Shown here: one piece after another, positions 7,412-15,194 of the stretch | Numbering within the stretch: position 1 is the first letter of the stretch | How the letters are laid out: every line of letters starts with the position of its first letter | Assembly: GCA_044220955.1 (NCBI GenBank) | Contig: JBGAQA010000118.1 | Coordinates: 1-18,198, forward strand | DNA from: Sandaracinaceae bacterium | GTDB lineage: Bacteria; Myxococcota_A; Polyangia; Polyangiales; Sandaracinaceae | Direction: 5' to 3' | Length of the DNA stretch: 18,198 nucleotides | Translations under genes and position numbers: made by a program | Notes under the pieces: model-generated | Told to the model about the DNA's origin: nothing | Database searches by the model: none | The model's input: only the letters and a program-made list of their open reading frames with translations

Positions 7412-8590
7412 ATGGGTCGTAGAGTCAACGTGATCGGCGTGGGCATGGTGAAGTTCCAGAAGCCCGGCGCGAGCGACGAGTACAACGTGATGGCGGCCAA
7501 CGCGATCCGGAACGCCATGAAGGACGCGGGCGTCGAGTTCACCGACATCGAGCAGGCGGTCGCCGGCTACGTGTACGGCGACTCCACGTGCGGACAGCGC
7601 GCGGTGTACGACGTGGGCCTGACGGGCATCCCCGTCTACAACGTGAACAACAACTGCTCGACGGGCTCGAGCGCGCTCATGCTCGCGCGGCAGATGGTCG
7701 AGGGTGGCATCGTCGAGTGCGCGCTCGCCGTCGGCTTCGAGCAGATGAAGAAGGGCGCGCTCGAGGCGCAGTGGAACGACCGCACCAACCCGCTCGACAA
7801 GCACGCGAACGTGATGAACGAGGTGCAGGGCGTGACGGGCGCGCCAGGCGCCGCGCAGATGTTCGGCGGCGCGGGCCGCGAGTACCGCTGGAAGTACGGC
7901 ACCAAGCGCGAGACCTTCGCGAAGGTCGCCGAGAAGGCGCGCAAGCACGCGGCGAAGAACCCCTTCGCGCTCTTCCAGGAGACCTACTCGGTCGACGAGA
8001 TCCTCGCCTCGCCCGAGGTCTTCGATCCGCTCACGCGCTACCAGTGCTGCCCGCCGACGTGCGGCGCCGCGGCGGCCATCGTGTGCAGCGACGACTTCGC
8101 CAAGAAGAAGGGCATCCAGAACCCCGTCTGGATCGCGGCGCAGGCGATGACGACGGACTACCCGTCGACGTTCGACGAGAAGTCGATGATCAAGATGGTC
8201 GGCTACGACATGGCGAAGAAGTGCGCCGACCAGGTGTACGAGAAGGCCGGCCTCGGCCCGAAGGACGTGCAGGTCGTCGAGCTGCACGACTGCTTCACGG
8301 CGAACGAGGTGCTCACCTACGAGGCGCTCGGCATGGCCAAGGAGGGCGAGGCCGAGAAGATGATCTGGGACGGCGACAACACCTTCGGCGGCAAGTGGGT
8401 CACGAACCCGAGCGGCGGTCTGCTCAGCAAGGGCCACCCCCTCGGCGCCACGGGCCTCGCGCAGTGCACCGAGCTCGTCTGGCAGCTCCGCGGCACGGCG
8501 GGCGATCGCCAGGTGAAGGGCGCCAAGGTCGCGCTCCAGCACAACCTCGGCCTCGGCGGCGCCTGCGTCATCACGATGTACCGGGCCTGA
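7412..8590 (+). CDS. SCPx-type thiolase (non-specific lipid-transfer protein family), 392 aa
   Basis: Start MGRRVNVIGVGM after GGAGG (7401-7405); motifs NNNCSTGS (catalytic Cys), ELHDCF, GHPLGATG, HNLGLGG. Confidence 0.93.
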   Translation: MGRRVNVIGVGMVKFQKPGASDEYNVMAANAIRNAMKDAGVEFTDIEQAVAGYVYGDSTCGQRAVYDVGLTGIPVYNVNNNCSTGSSALMLARQMVEGGIVECALAVGFEQMKKGALEAQWNDRTNPLDKHANVMNEVQGVTGAPGAAQMFGGAGREYRWKYGTKRETFAKVAEKARKHAAKNPFALFQETYSVDEILASPEVFDPLTRYQCCPPTCGAAAAIVCSDDFAKKKGIQNPVWIAAQAMTTDYPSTFDEKSMIKMVGYDMAKKCADQVYEKAGLGPKDVQVVELHDCFTANEVLTYEALGMAKEGEAEKMIWDGDNTFGGKWVTNPSGGLLSKGHPLGATGLAQCTELVWQLRGTAGDRQVKGAKVALQHNLGLGGACVITMYRA

Positions 8591-8612
8591 TCGGCGGAGC
8601 GGAGCGGTTCGA

Positions 8613-8644
8613 AGAAGGGCGCGGCGGTGACGCTGCGCCCTTCT
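8613..8644 (+). terminator. strong hairpin between convergent genes, probable terminator
   Basis: AGAAGGGCGCGGCG-GTGA-CGCTGCGCCCTTCT: 14-bp stem with one G-U pair and a GNRA loop; no long U-tract. Confidence 0.6.
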
Positions 8645-8652
8645 CCATTCCG

Positions 8653-9114
8653 TCAAGCGGCGCGCGGCGCGAGCGGCGCGCGGGCGAGCGTCACCGGGCC
8701 GACCAGGTCGGCCGCAGGAGTGGTGTCGCCGCCGGCCGGGCGGCGGACGGCGCTCCAGTCGACGGCGTCCCCCGCGTCGGCGAACGTCTTCTTCGGCGCC
8801 GCGCTGCGCGACATCGCGTCGAAGCCCGTGACGATCGCGCGGACGGTCGCGGCCTGGAAGCCGGCGCCCTCGATGATCGTCGCCTGCGCGAGGATCTGCT
8901 TGGTGAAGTCGTTGGTGACGTCGGCGGCGGCCTCGCGTGCGTCGGCGTCCATGCTCAGGCCCGCGGCGAGCGTGACCCAGGTCAGGGTCGGGAAGCCCTT
9001 CGGCTCGCGGCGCGCCATCGCGGTGAGCGCGGGCCGCGCGAGCAGCATGTCGGCAGCGGTCGGCTTGCCGACGAGGATCATGACCCAGATGCCGCCCGAG
9101 GCCCCGTAGACCAC
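8653..9114 (-). CDS. hypothetical protein, possibly STAS/SEC14 (SpoIIAA-like) fold; start uncertain, may extend to 9156
   Basis: Pattern ...DADAREAAA...AQATIIEGAGFQAATVRAIVTG...PKKTFADAGDAVDW resembles small myxobacterial STAS/SEC14-like proteins; frame stays open upstream of the GTG. Confidence 0.65.
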   Translation of the reverse strand: MVYGASGGIWVMILVGKPTAADMLLARPALTAMARREPKGFPTLTWVTLAAGLSMDADAREAAADVTNDFTKQILAQATIIEGAGFQAATVRAIVTGFDAMSRSAAPKKTFADAGDAVDWSAVRRPAGGDTTPAADLVGPVTLARAPLAPRAA

Positions 9115-9198
9115 ACCCTCGCTCCGCTCGAGCTGCTCGAAGTTCTTCGCGATCGTCGGCGCAGGATATCGAATTTGGAGAGGGCTTCGAGCTCGGTT

Positions 9199-9235
9199 CC
9201 CTCTCCCACTTCGTGGGAGAGGGCTAGGGTGAGGG
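9199..9235. repeat. BoxC/REP-like palindromic element
   Basis: CCCTCTCCCAC-TTC-GTGGGAGAGGG (perfect 11-bp stem, 9199-9223) followed by the purine-rich tail CTAGGGTGAGGG, the layout of widespread CCCTCTCCC..GGGAGAGGG..GGGTGAGGG intergenic repeats. Confidence 0.7.
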
Positions 9236-10168
9236 TCGGCCGCTCAGCTCTTCGAGCCGCGCATAGAGAGCCCGCGCGGCCTCGGCGTCTGCCGCGGGAT
9301 CCGCGTCAGGCAGCACCATCCTCCCGAGCGTGTTGTGGTAGTAGGCGCCCTTCTCGATCGGCTGCGTCGCGCACCAGAGCGGCGCCTGCGCGCCGCCCAC
9401 GCAGTCGAGCATGATGGTCGCGACGACGAACGAGGGCCGCTCCTGCCCGCCGAGGCCGCTGGCGATCACGCCCGGGTGTACCGCGCAGACCTCGAGGTCC
9501 GGGTGCCGGCGCTGGAGCTCGAAGGCGAACCAGAGGTTGCCGAGCTTGCTGCGCGAGTAGGCCATCGCGCCGCCGCGGCGTCCCTCGTAGCGGAAGTCGG
9601 ACGTGCACTCGCGCGCGCGCACGTAGATGTCGCCCGTCACGACGACGACCCGGCTCGCCGTGCGGAGCGAGCCGCGATCGAGGAGGCGCCGCACGAGCGC
9701 GTGGTGGCCGAGCGTGTTCGTCGCGAACGCGATCTCGTGGCCCTGCGCGGAGAGCGCGTGCCGCTGCGGCCATAGGCCGGCGTTCGCCACGAGCACGTCG
9801 ATCCGGCGATCGCCGAGCAGCTTCCCGAGAGCGTCCGTCGCCGAAGCGACCGACGCGAGGTCCGAGAGGTCGAGCGGCACGACGTGGACCTCGGCGCCCG
9901 TCTCCTTCGTGATCGCGTCTCGCGCCGCGCCGGCCGTCGCGGCGTTGCGCGCGGCGATCACGACCTCGGCCCCGCGACGCGCGAGCCCGCGGGCGATCTC
10001 GACGCCGATGCCCGCGTTGCCTCCGGTGACGAGCGCGAGCTTGCCGTCGAGGCGCGGGGCGTCGGGACATCGGACCGAGCGCGACTTCTGGCGCCAGATG
10101 GAGCCGAGGAGCCGTCGTGGGAGGAAGCTGGCGGCCCGCGTGGTGCGCGCGCCGAAGTCGCTGGTCAC
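9224..10168 (-). CDS. short-chain dehydrogenase/reductase (retinol dehydrogenase/WWOX-like subgroup), about 314 aa
   Basis: TGGNAGIG, ANAG, FATNTLGH, YSRSKLGN, VHPGVI motifs; probable GTG start at 10168 overlaps the upstream stop (GTGA). Confidence 0.88.
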   Translation of the reverse strand: MTSDFGARTTRAASFLPRRLLGSIWRQKSRSVRCPDAPRLDGKLALVTGGNAGIGVEIARGLARRGAEVVIAARNAATAGAARDAITKETGAEVHVVPLDLSDLASVASATDALGKLLGDRRIDVLVANAGLWPQRHALSAQGHEIAFATNTLGHHALVRRLLDRGSLRTASRVVVVTGDIYVRARECTSDFRYEGRRGGAMAYSRSKLGNLWFAFELQRRHPDLEVCAVHPGVIASGLGGQERPSFVVATIMLDCVGGAQAPLWCATQPIEKGAYYHNTLGRMVLPDADPAADAEAARALYARLEELSGRPSP

Positions 10169-10704
10169 CGCCGCATGCTCGAGGCCGCGGCGGTCGTGAC
10201 GTAGTAGTGCGCCGGCCAGTGGCGGTACCACTCGGCCTCGATGATCGGGAAGTCGCTCGCGTCGTTGCCGGTGGAGCGGCCGTACACGCGCACGAGCGAG
10301 CCGATGTTCATGCGCATCGTGCCCTCGGCGGCGTCCTCGGGGCGCAGGTGCACGAGCGCGGTGAAGTGGCCGATCTCGCGCTCCGAGACGGTGACGCGGC
10401 ACGAGTCGCTGCTGCTGGTCGAGCAGAGGTGGCGGTCCTGGTGCGCGCGCAGCGAGAGCGAGAGCCGCGTGACGCCGCCCTCCGTGACCGGCTCCTCGGT
10501 GACGACGCCGAACCAGCCGATGAAGGTCTGGTCCTCGAGGCGCGCGCGGCGCACCTCCTCGTAGCTCGTGTCCAGCGCCCGGCGGAGGTACTCGTCCTCG
10601 CCGGAGACGGGGCTGTACTCGTGGGCGTAGCCCCACTGCCCGCCGCCTCCGCAACCGGGGACGAGCGCGAGACAGAAGAGCGAGGCGAGAGCGAGGTTGC
10701 GCAT
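10165..10704 (-). CDS. lipoprotein, possibly Slp-family (OB-fold)-like, 179 aa
   Basis: Lipobox MRNLALASLFCLALVPG|C; spacing of WFGVV...GHFTA...GSLVRVYG...FPII.A..YRHWP resembles Slp lipoproteins. Confidence 0.75.
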   Translation of the reverse strand: MRNLALASLFCLALVPGCGGGGQWGYAHEYSPVSGEDEYLRRALDTSYEEVRRARLEDQTFIGWFGVVTEEPVTEGGVTRLSLSLRAHQDRHLCSTSSSDSCRVTVSEREIGHFTALVHLRPEDAAEGTMRMNIGSLVRVYGRSTGNDASDFPIIEAEWYRHWPAHYYVTTAAASSMRR

Positions 10705-10781
10705 GGCGGCGCGACTCTAACGCGAGCGGCGCAGTCGCAAAAGCGACTCGCCTCTACGCCCGCGACTGCTAGGCAGTCCCG

Positions 10782-11537
10782 ATGAACGAGCTGCTCGGTC
10801 TGCCGTACTCGCCCTGGTCCGAGAAGGCGAAGTGGGCCCTCGATGCGCGCAAGGTCCCCTACCGGTTCCGGCACTACCAGCCGCTGCTCGGCGAGCCCGC
10901 GCTACGCATGAGGACGGGGCGCTGGCGCGGGAACGTGACCGTGCCCGTGATGACCGACGAGCGCGGGACGGTGTACGACGACTCGGCGAAGATCGCGCGC
11001 TTCGCCGACACGCGCGGCGAGGGGCCCTCGCTCTTCCCGAAGGAGCACGAGGCGGCGATCGAGCACTGGATCGACGTGAGCGAGCGGGCACTCGCCGCCG
11101 GACGGGTGCTCTCGCTGCGACGGACACTGGAGGATCCCGAGGCGCTGAAGGAGCTCGTGCCGCGCGGGATGCGCGCGCTCGGGCCCGTCGCGTCCGGGAT
11201 CGGCGGCATGGGCGTGCGGCGCACGCTGAGCAAGTACGGCGCGGACGCGGCGTCGGTGCAGGAGCACCTGCGAGCACTGCGCGCGGCGCTCGACGAGCTG
11301 CGCGACGCCCTCGCGAAGTCCCCCTCGACCACGGCGCCGAGGACGATCCTCGCCGCGTTCTCGTTCGCGGACATCGCGGCGGCGCAGATCCTCGCGTTCG
11401 TCACGCCGCCCGCGTTCGGGCTCAAGCTCGGCAGGGCGAGCCGGCGCGGCTTCACCGACCCCGCGCTCGCGAAGGAGTACGCGGATCTGATCGCGTGGCG
11501 CGACGCGCTCTACGAGGCGTACCGCCCGAGGGGATGA
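10782..11537 (+). CDS. glutathione S-transferase N-terminal domain protein, 251 aa
   Basis: YSPWSEKAKWALD, TVPVM, DDSAKIARF and C-terminal FSFADIAAA GST motifs. Confidence 0.85.
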   Translation: MNELLGLPYSPWSEKAKWALDARKVPYRFRHYQPLLGEPALRMRTGRWRGNVTVPVMTDERGTVYDDSAKIARFADTRGEGPSLFPKEHEAAIEHWIDVSERALAAGRVLSLRRTLEDPEALKELVPRGMRALGPVASGIGGMGVRRTLSKYGADAASVQEHLRALRAALDELRDALAKSPSTTAPRTILAAFSFADIAAAQILAFVTPPAFGLKLGRASRRGFTDPALAKEYADLIAWRDALYEAYRPRG

Positions 11538-11541
11538 GCGA

Positions 11542-14500
11542 TCAGCCGGTGCCCCGCGCGGCCGCCCGTGCAGCCGCCGCCTCGTACCCGAGGCGCGACC
11601 ACTGCGTGGCAGCGATCGCGGCGACACGGCGTGCCCGTTCCCTCTCGCCACGGGCGAGCGCCTCGTCGGCGGCGCGGTCGAGGGCGGACGCGAGGTCCGG
11701 GTCGACGACGCCGCCCTCGAGCACCGTCCGCTCGGCGTCGTCCGCGCAGGCGTCGAAGCGCAGCCACGCGCCCGCCGCCGCGGCGCTGGCGAGGCGCATC
11801 GCGCGCACCATCTGGACGTAGGCCTGCCGGCCGGCGACGCGCATCTCGGTCTCCACCTCTTCGAGCAGGACGTCGGCGCCGGCGAGGTCACCGCGCGCGA
11901 GCGCCACCAGGCCGAGGTTGAGTCGCACGAACGCGCCCTCGCGCGTGGCGAGGTCCGTCAAGATACGGAGCGCCTCGCGGTAGCTCGCCTCGGCCTCGTC
12001 GAGGCGGCCGAGCTTGCGAAGGAGATCGCCCGTTCCGTTGAGCGCGATGGCGACCCCACTGCGCGCGCCGAGACGCTCGAGCAAGCCACGCGAGCGCTCG
12101 GCGAGCTCGAGCGCGCGATCGAGGCGGCCGCGGCGCCCCTCCACGTCGGAGAGGCCGGTGAGCACGCGCGCCTCGAACGCGAGCTGGCCGAGCTCGCCGA
12201 AGATCGCTCCGGCCTGCTCGTAGTGCGAGCGCGCCTCGTCGAGGTGGCCGAGCAGCTTCTCGCACTCCGCGGCGCCGTAGAGGCAGCGCGCGTAGTGGAC
12301 TCGGTCCCCGAGCGCCGTGGCGAGGCCGCGCGCGGCATCGAACGACGCGAGGGCGCCCGCAGCGTTGCCACGCTTCTGCGCGATGAGCCCGAGCAGCCAG
12401 CGCCGCTTCAGCTCCACGACCCCGTACGTGTCGAGCGCGCCCACGACGCGCTCCGCGTCGTCGAGGAGACCGCCGAGCACGAGCGCCTCGGCGGCGAAGA
12501 GCTCGCCGCGCGCGCGCCCTGCGTCGGAGGCGTCGGCCCCCAGTCGATCGAGCGTCGTGCGGTGCAGGTCGGTGAGCCGGCGCACGTGCATCGCGTCGCC
12601 GATCTCGAGCGCGCGCGTGGCCGCAGCGAGCAACGCCGGCAGCGCCTCCGGGAGCGCGCCGGCCGCGAGGTGGTGGTGCGCGACACGCTCCGGGTCGGCC
12701 CCGCGCTCTTCGAGGAACTTCGCGAGCGCGCGGTGATGCTCTCGCAGCCGGCCCGCCTCCGCGGCCGCTCGCTCGACGCTCTCGCGCAGCATGTTGTGCA
12801 CGAACAGGACGCTCGTCCCTCCGGCTCGCACCAGGCCCGCTCCGGCGAGCGCGTCGAGCAGCGCGTCCGGGACGGGGAGCCCGCTCGCCGCGCACGCCGC
12901 CGCCCACTCCGACCGCTCGACGCGCGTGCCCAGCGCCGCCGCCAGCTCGAGCGCGCCTCGCGCAGGCGAAGCGTCCCCTCCGAGCTGCGCGAGCGCTCGA
13001 TCCACGCGCGCACGCCAGACGCCGTGGATGTCGTCCGGGATCTCGGCGCTCGCCCCGTCGCGGCGGCGAAACCCCTGCGGGCCGGGCACGAGCACGCGCC
13101 GCTGCACCCAGTCTCCGACGAGCTGCACGGCGAAGAGCGGATTGCCGAGCGTGCGCTCGCGGACCTCGCGCGCCACGTCCGTCTCGAGACCGAGCAGCTC
13201 CTCGACGAGCTCGCCGTGGGCCTCGGTGCCGAGGAGCTCGACGCGGAGCTCCGTCGCGAGCGGGCTCGCGGCGATCCGCGCGAGGCTCGCTGCGGCCTCG
13301 GGACGCTCGGCGAGATCTTCGTCTCGCGCCGTGAGGACGAAGAGGGTGGCCAGTCGCTCGGGACCCGCAGCGAGCGCCTCGACGAACGCGAGCGTGGCCT
13401 GGCCGAGCACCGCGTCGTCGAGCACCACGACCAGCGGCGTGCGCGCCGCGAGCCGCACCAGCACGCGCCGGATCGCGGCGTGCCGCTCGCGCGGGCCCTC
13501 GAAGCGATCGTGGCGGTCCTCGAGGATCGCGGCGAGGTCCTCGGCGTCCTCCCGCTCGTCGCCCGGCCCCCCGAGCTCGTGGACGAAGTGCGCGGTGCGC
13601 GCGAGCAGGGCCTCACCCGAGAGCCCCGCGGCGCGGACGCGGCGGTGGAGCATCGCGGGGATCCCGTCGAGCGGGCCGCCCGAGGGCCCGTGCGTCGCGG
13701 AGAGCGTCGATGCGGCGCCGAGCTCCTCGGCAGTCTCGATCAGCCACTCGGCCAGCCGCGTCTTGCCGAGGCCCGCCGGGCCACGGAGCACCACGACGCG
13801 CGCGCGCTCGTGCTGCACCACGTCGACCAGGCTCTCCCAGAGGCGGTCACGCTCGTGATCGCGGTTGGCGAGCGGCACGGGGCGCAGCCCGTAGAGCCCG
13901 AGGCCGGCGCCGACGAGCCGCTGCGAGGCGCGAGGCGCCGTGAAGGCGCGCCAGGTCGGCGACACCTTGGCCCGCGGCCAGAGGGAGGGACGTCGAGCGC
14001 CGGCGTCGAGGCCCGGCGCGGGCGCGAGCGTCATCGCCTCCGAGGCCACCGTCGGCTGCTCGGTGGACGCGGCGCGCGGGGCCTGGCGGCGCGCGGCCGA
14101 GGGTGCGAGCGTGTCGCTCGCGTCGATCGAGTAGAGGGCGGCGAGCGCCGCCGCAGCTCCGGGGAAGCGCTGCGAGGGCCGCTTGGCGAGCAGCGTCGCG
14201 GTCCACTCGGCGAGCGCGCGCGGCATCGGCCAGGGCGCGGCGAGCGCGGGAAGAGGCGCGAGCACGTGGGCGCGCCGGATCTCGTCGACCGCACCGGAGA
14301 AGGGAGGCGAGCCGGAGACGAGCCGGTGGACGAGACAGCCGACGGAGTAGAGGTCGGTCGGCGCGCCCTCGTCGCGCACCAGCCCGGCGATCTGCTCGGG
14401 CGCCATGTACGCGGGTGTCCCGGCGCGCGGCGGTCCGTCGCGGTCGCCGGAGCGGAGCGCGTGCGCGATGCCGAAGTCGCTCAGGAGCAGGGCGCGGGAG

Positions 14501-14964
14501 CCTCCGGCGTTGTCGTGGAGGAGCACGTTGCTCGGCTTCACGTCGCGGTGGAGCACGCCGCGGGCGTGGGCGTGCGCGAGGGCGCGAAGGACGCGGACGA
14601 GGACCGCGCGCAGCGCGTCGAAGGACGTGGGCAGCGGGGCGTCGTCGAGCGTGCCGCCGTTGGTCCGCAGCATGACGAAGTAGGGCGTGTCGGCGACGAG
14701 CTGCCCGTCGCTCGCCAGCGCGGTCTCGGCGGAGACCTCACCCTGATCGAGGACGGGGACGATCGCCTCGTGGTCGAGGCGCGCCAGCGCGCGGACCTCG
14801 TTGCGCAGCGCGTCGGCGCGAAAGGCGGCCGCGTCCGGGTCGCGGCGGATCAGCTTGACGGCCACCTCGACGCCCGTGTCGACGTGCACGGCGGCCCAGA
14901 CGTCGGCCATGCCGCCGTGTCCGATGCGATCGCCGAGCCGGAACGCTCCGAGCTGGATGCTCAC
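11542..14964 (-). CDS. Ser/Thr protein kinase + P-loop ATPase + TPR-repeat protein, about 1140 aa
   Basis: IGHGGMADVW, VAVK, HRDVKPSN, SDFG, GTPAYMAPEQ, DLYSVG; Walker A GPAGLGKT, Walker B VVVLDD, GNPLF; TPR-like helices at the C-terminus. GTG at 14964 preferred over 15138 because the kinase domain starts immediately after it. Confidence 0.9.
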   Translation of the reverse strand: MSIQLGAFRLGDRIGHGGMADVWAAVHVDTGVEVAVKLIRRDPDAAAFRADALRNEVRALARLDHEAIVPVLDQGEVSAETALASDGQLVADTPYFVMLRTNGGTLDDAPLPTSFDALRAVLVRVLRALAHAHARGVLHRDVKPSNVLLHDNAGGSRALLLSDFGIAHALRSGDRDGPPRAGTPAYMAPEQIAGLVRDEGAPTDLYSVGCLVHRLVSGSPPFSGAVDEIRRAHVLAPLPALAAPWPMPRALAEWTATLLAKRPSQRFPGAAAALAALYSIDASDTLAPSAARRQAPRAASTEQPTVASEAMTLAPAPGLDAGARRPSLWPRAKVSPTWRAFTAPRASQRLVGAGLGLYGLRPVPLANRDHERDRLWESLVDVVQHERARVVVLRGPAGLGKTRLAEWLIETAEELGAASTLSATHGPSGGPLDGIPAMLHRRVRAAGLSGEALLARTAHFVHELGGPGDEREDAEDLAAILEDRHDRFEGPRERHAAIRRVLVRLAARTPLVVVLDDAVLGQATLAFVEALAAGPERLATLFVLTARDEDLAERPEAAASLARIAASPLATELRVELLGTEAHGELVEELLGLETDVAREVRERTLGNPLFAVQLVGDWVQRRVLVPGPQGFRRRDGASAEIPDDIHGVWRARVDRALAQLGGDASPARGALELAAALGTRVERSEWAAACAASGLPVPDALLDALAGAGLVRAGGTSVLFVHNMLRESVERAAAEAGRLREHHRALAKFLEERGADPERVAHHHLAAGALPEALPALLAAATRALEIGDAMHVRRLTDLHRTTLDRLGADASDAGRARGELFAAEALVLGGLLDDAERVVGALDTYGVVELKRRWLLGLIAQKRGNAAGALASFDAARGLATALGDRVHYARCLYGAAECEKLLGHLDEARSHYEQAGAIFGELGQLAFEARVLTGLSDVEGRRGRLDRALELAERSRGLLERLGARSGVAIALNGTGDLLRKLGRLDEAEASYREALRILTDLATREGAFVRLNLGLVALARGDLAGADVLLEEVETEMRVAGRQAYVQMVRAMRLASAAAAGAWLRFDACADDAERTVLEGGVVDPDLASALDRAADEALARGERERARRVAAIAATQWSRLGYEAAAARAAARGTG

Positions 14965-15194
14965 GTCCGCCGAACGATACGCCCGATCCGCGGGCAGCGG
15001 CGGGCGCGAGCGCGGTCGCGAGACGCCGAAGCAGACGCCGTCGATGTCGACGGGCACCCGCGGGAGATCGGGTCCATCCACGCGGCCTCGCGCGCACCTC
15101 GGCACCGAGGATCCGGATCGCGGAGATGAAACGCGCACCTACCCGCAGGAACGGTGTCCGATCGAGTACTTGCGAGGGTGTGGAGTGACCCCGA

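Noticed and set aside
12223..15129. 968-aa plus-strand ORF and other long ORFs overlapping the kinase and ftsK
   Set aside because: Shadow ORFs with Arg-rich composition and no recognisable motifs
14965..15194. Possible structured ncRNA between ftsK and the kinase gene
   Set aside because: Only short GC-rich hairpins; no recognisable RNA family
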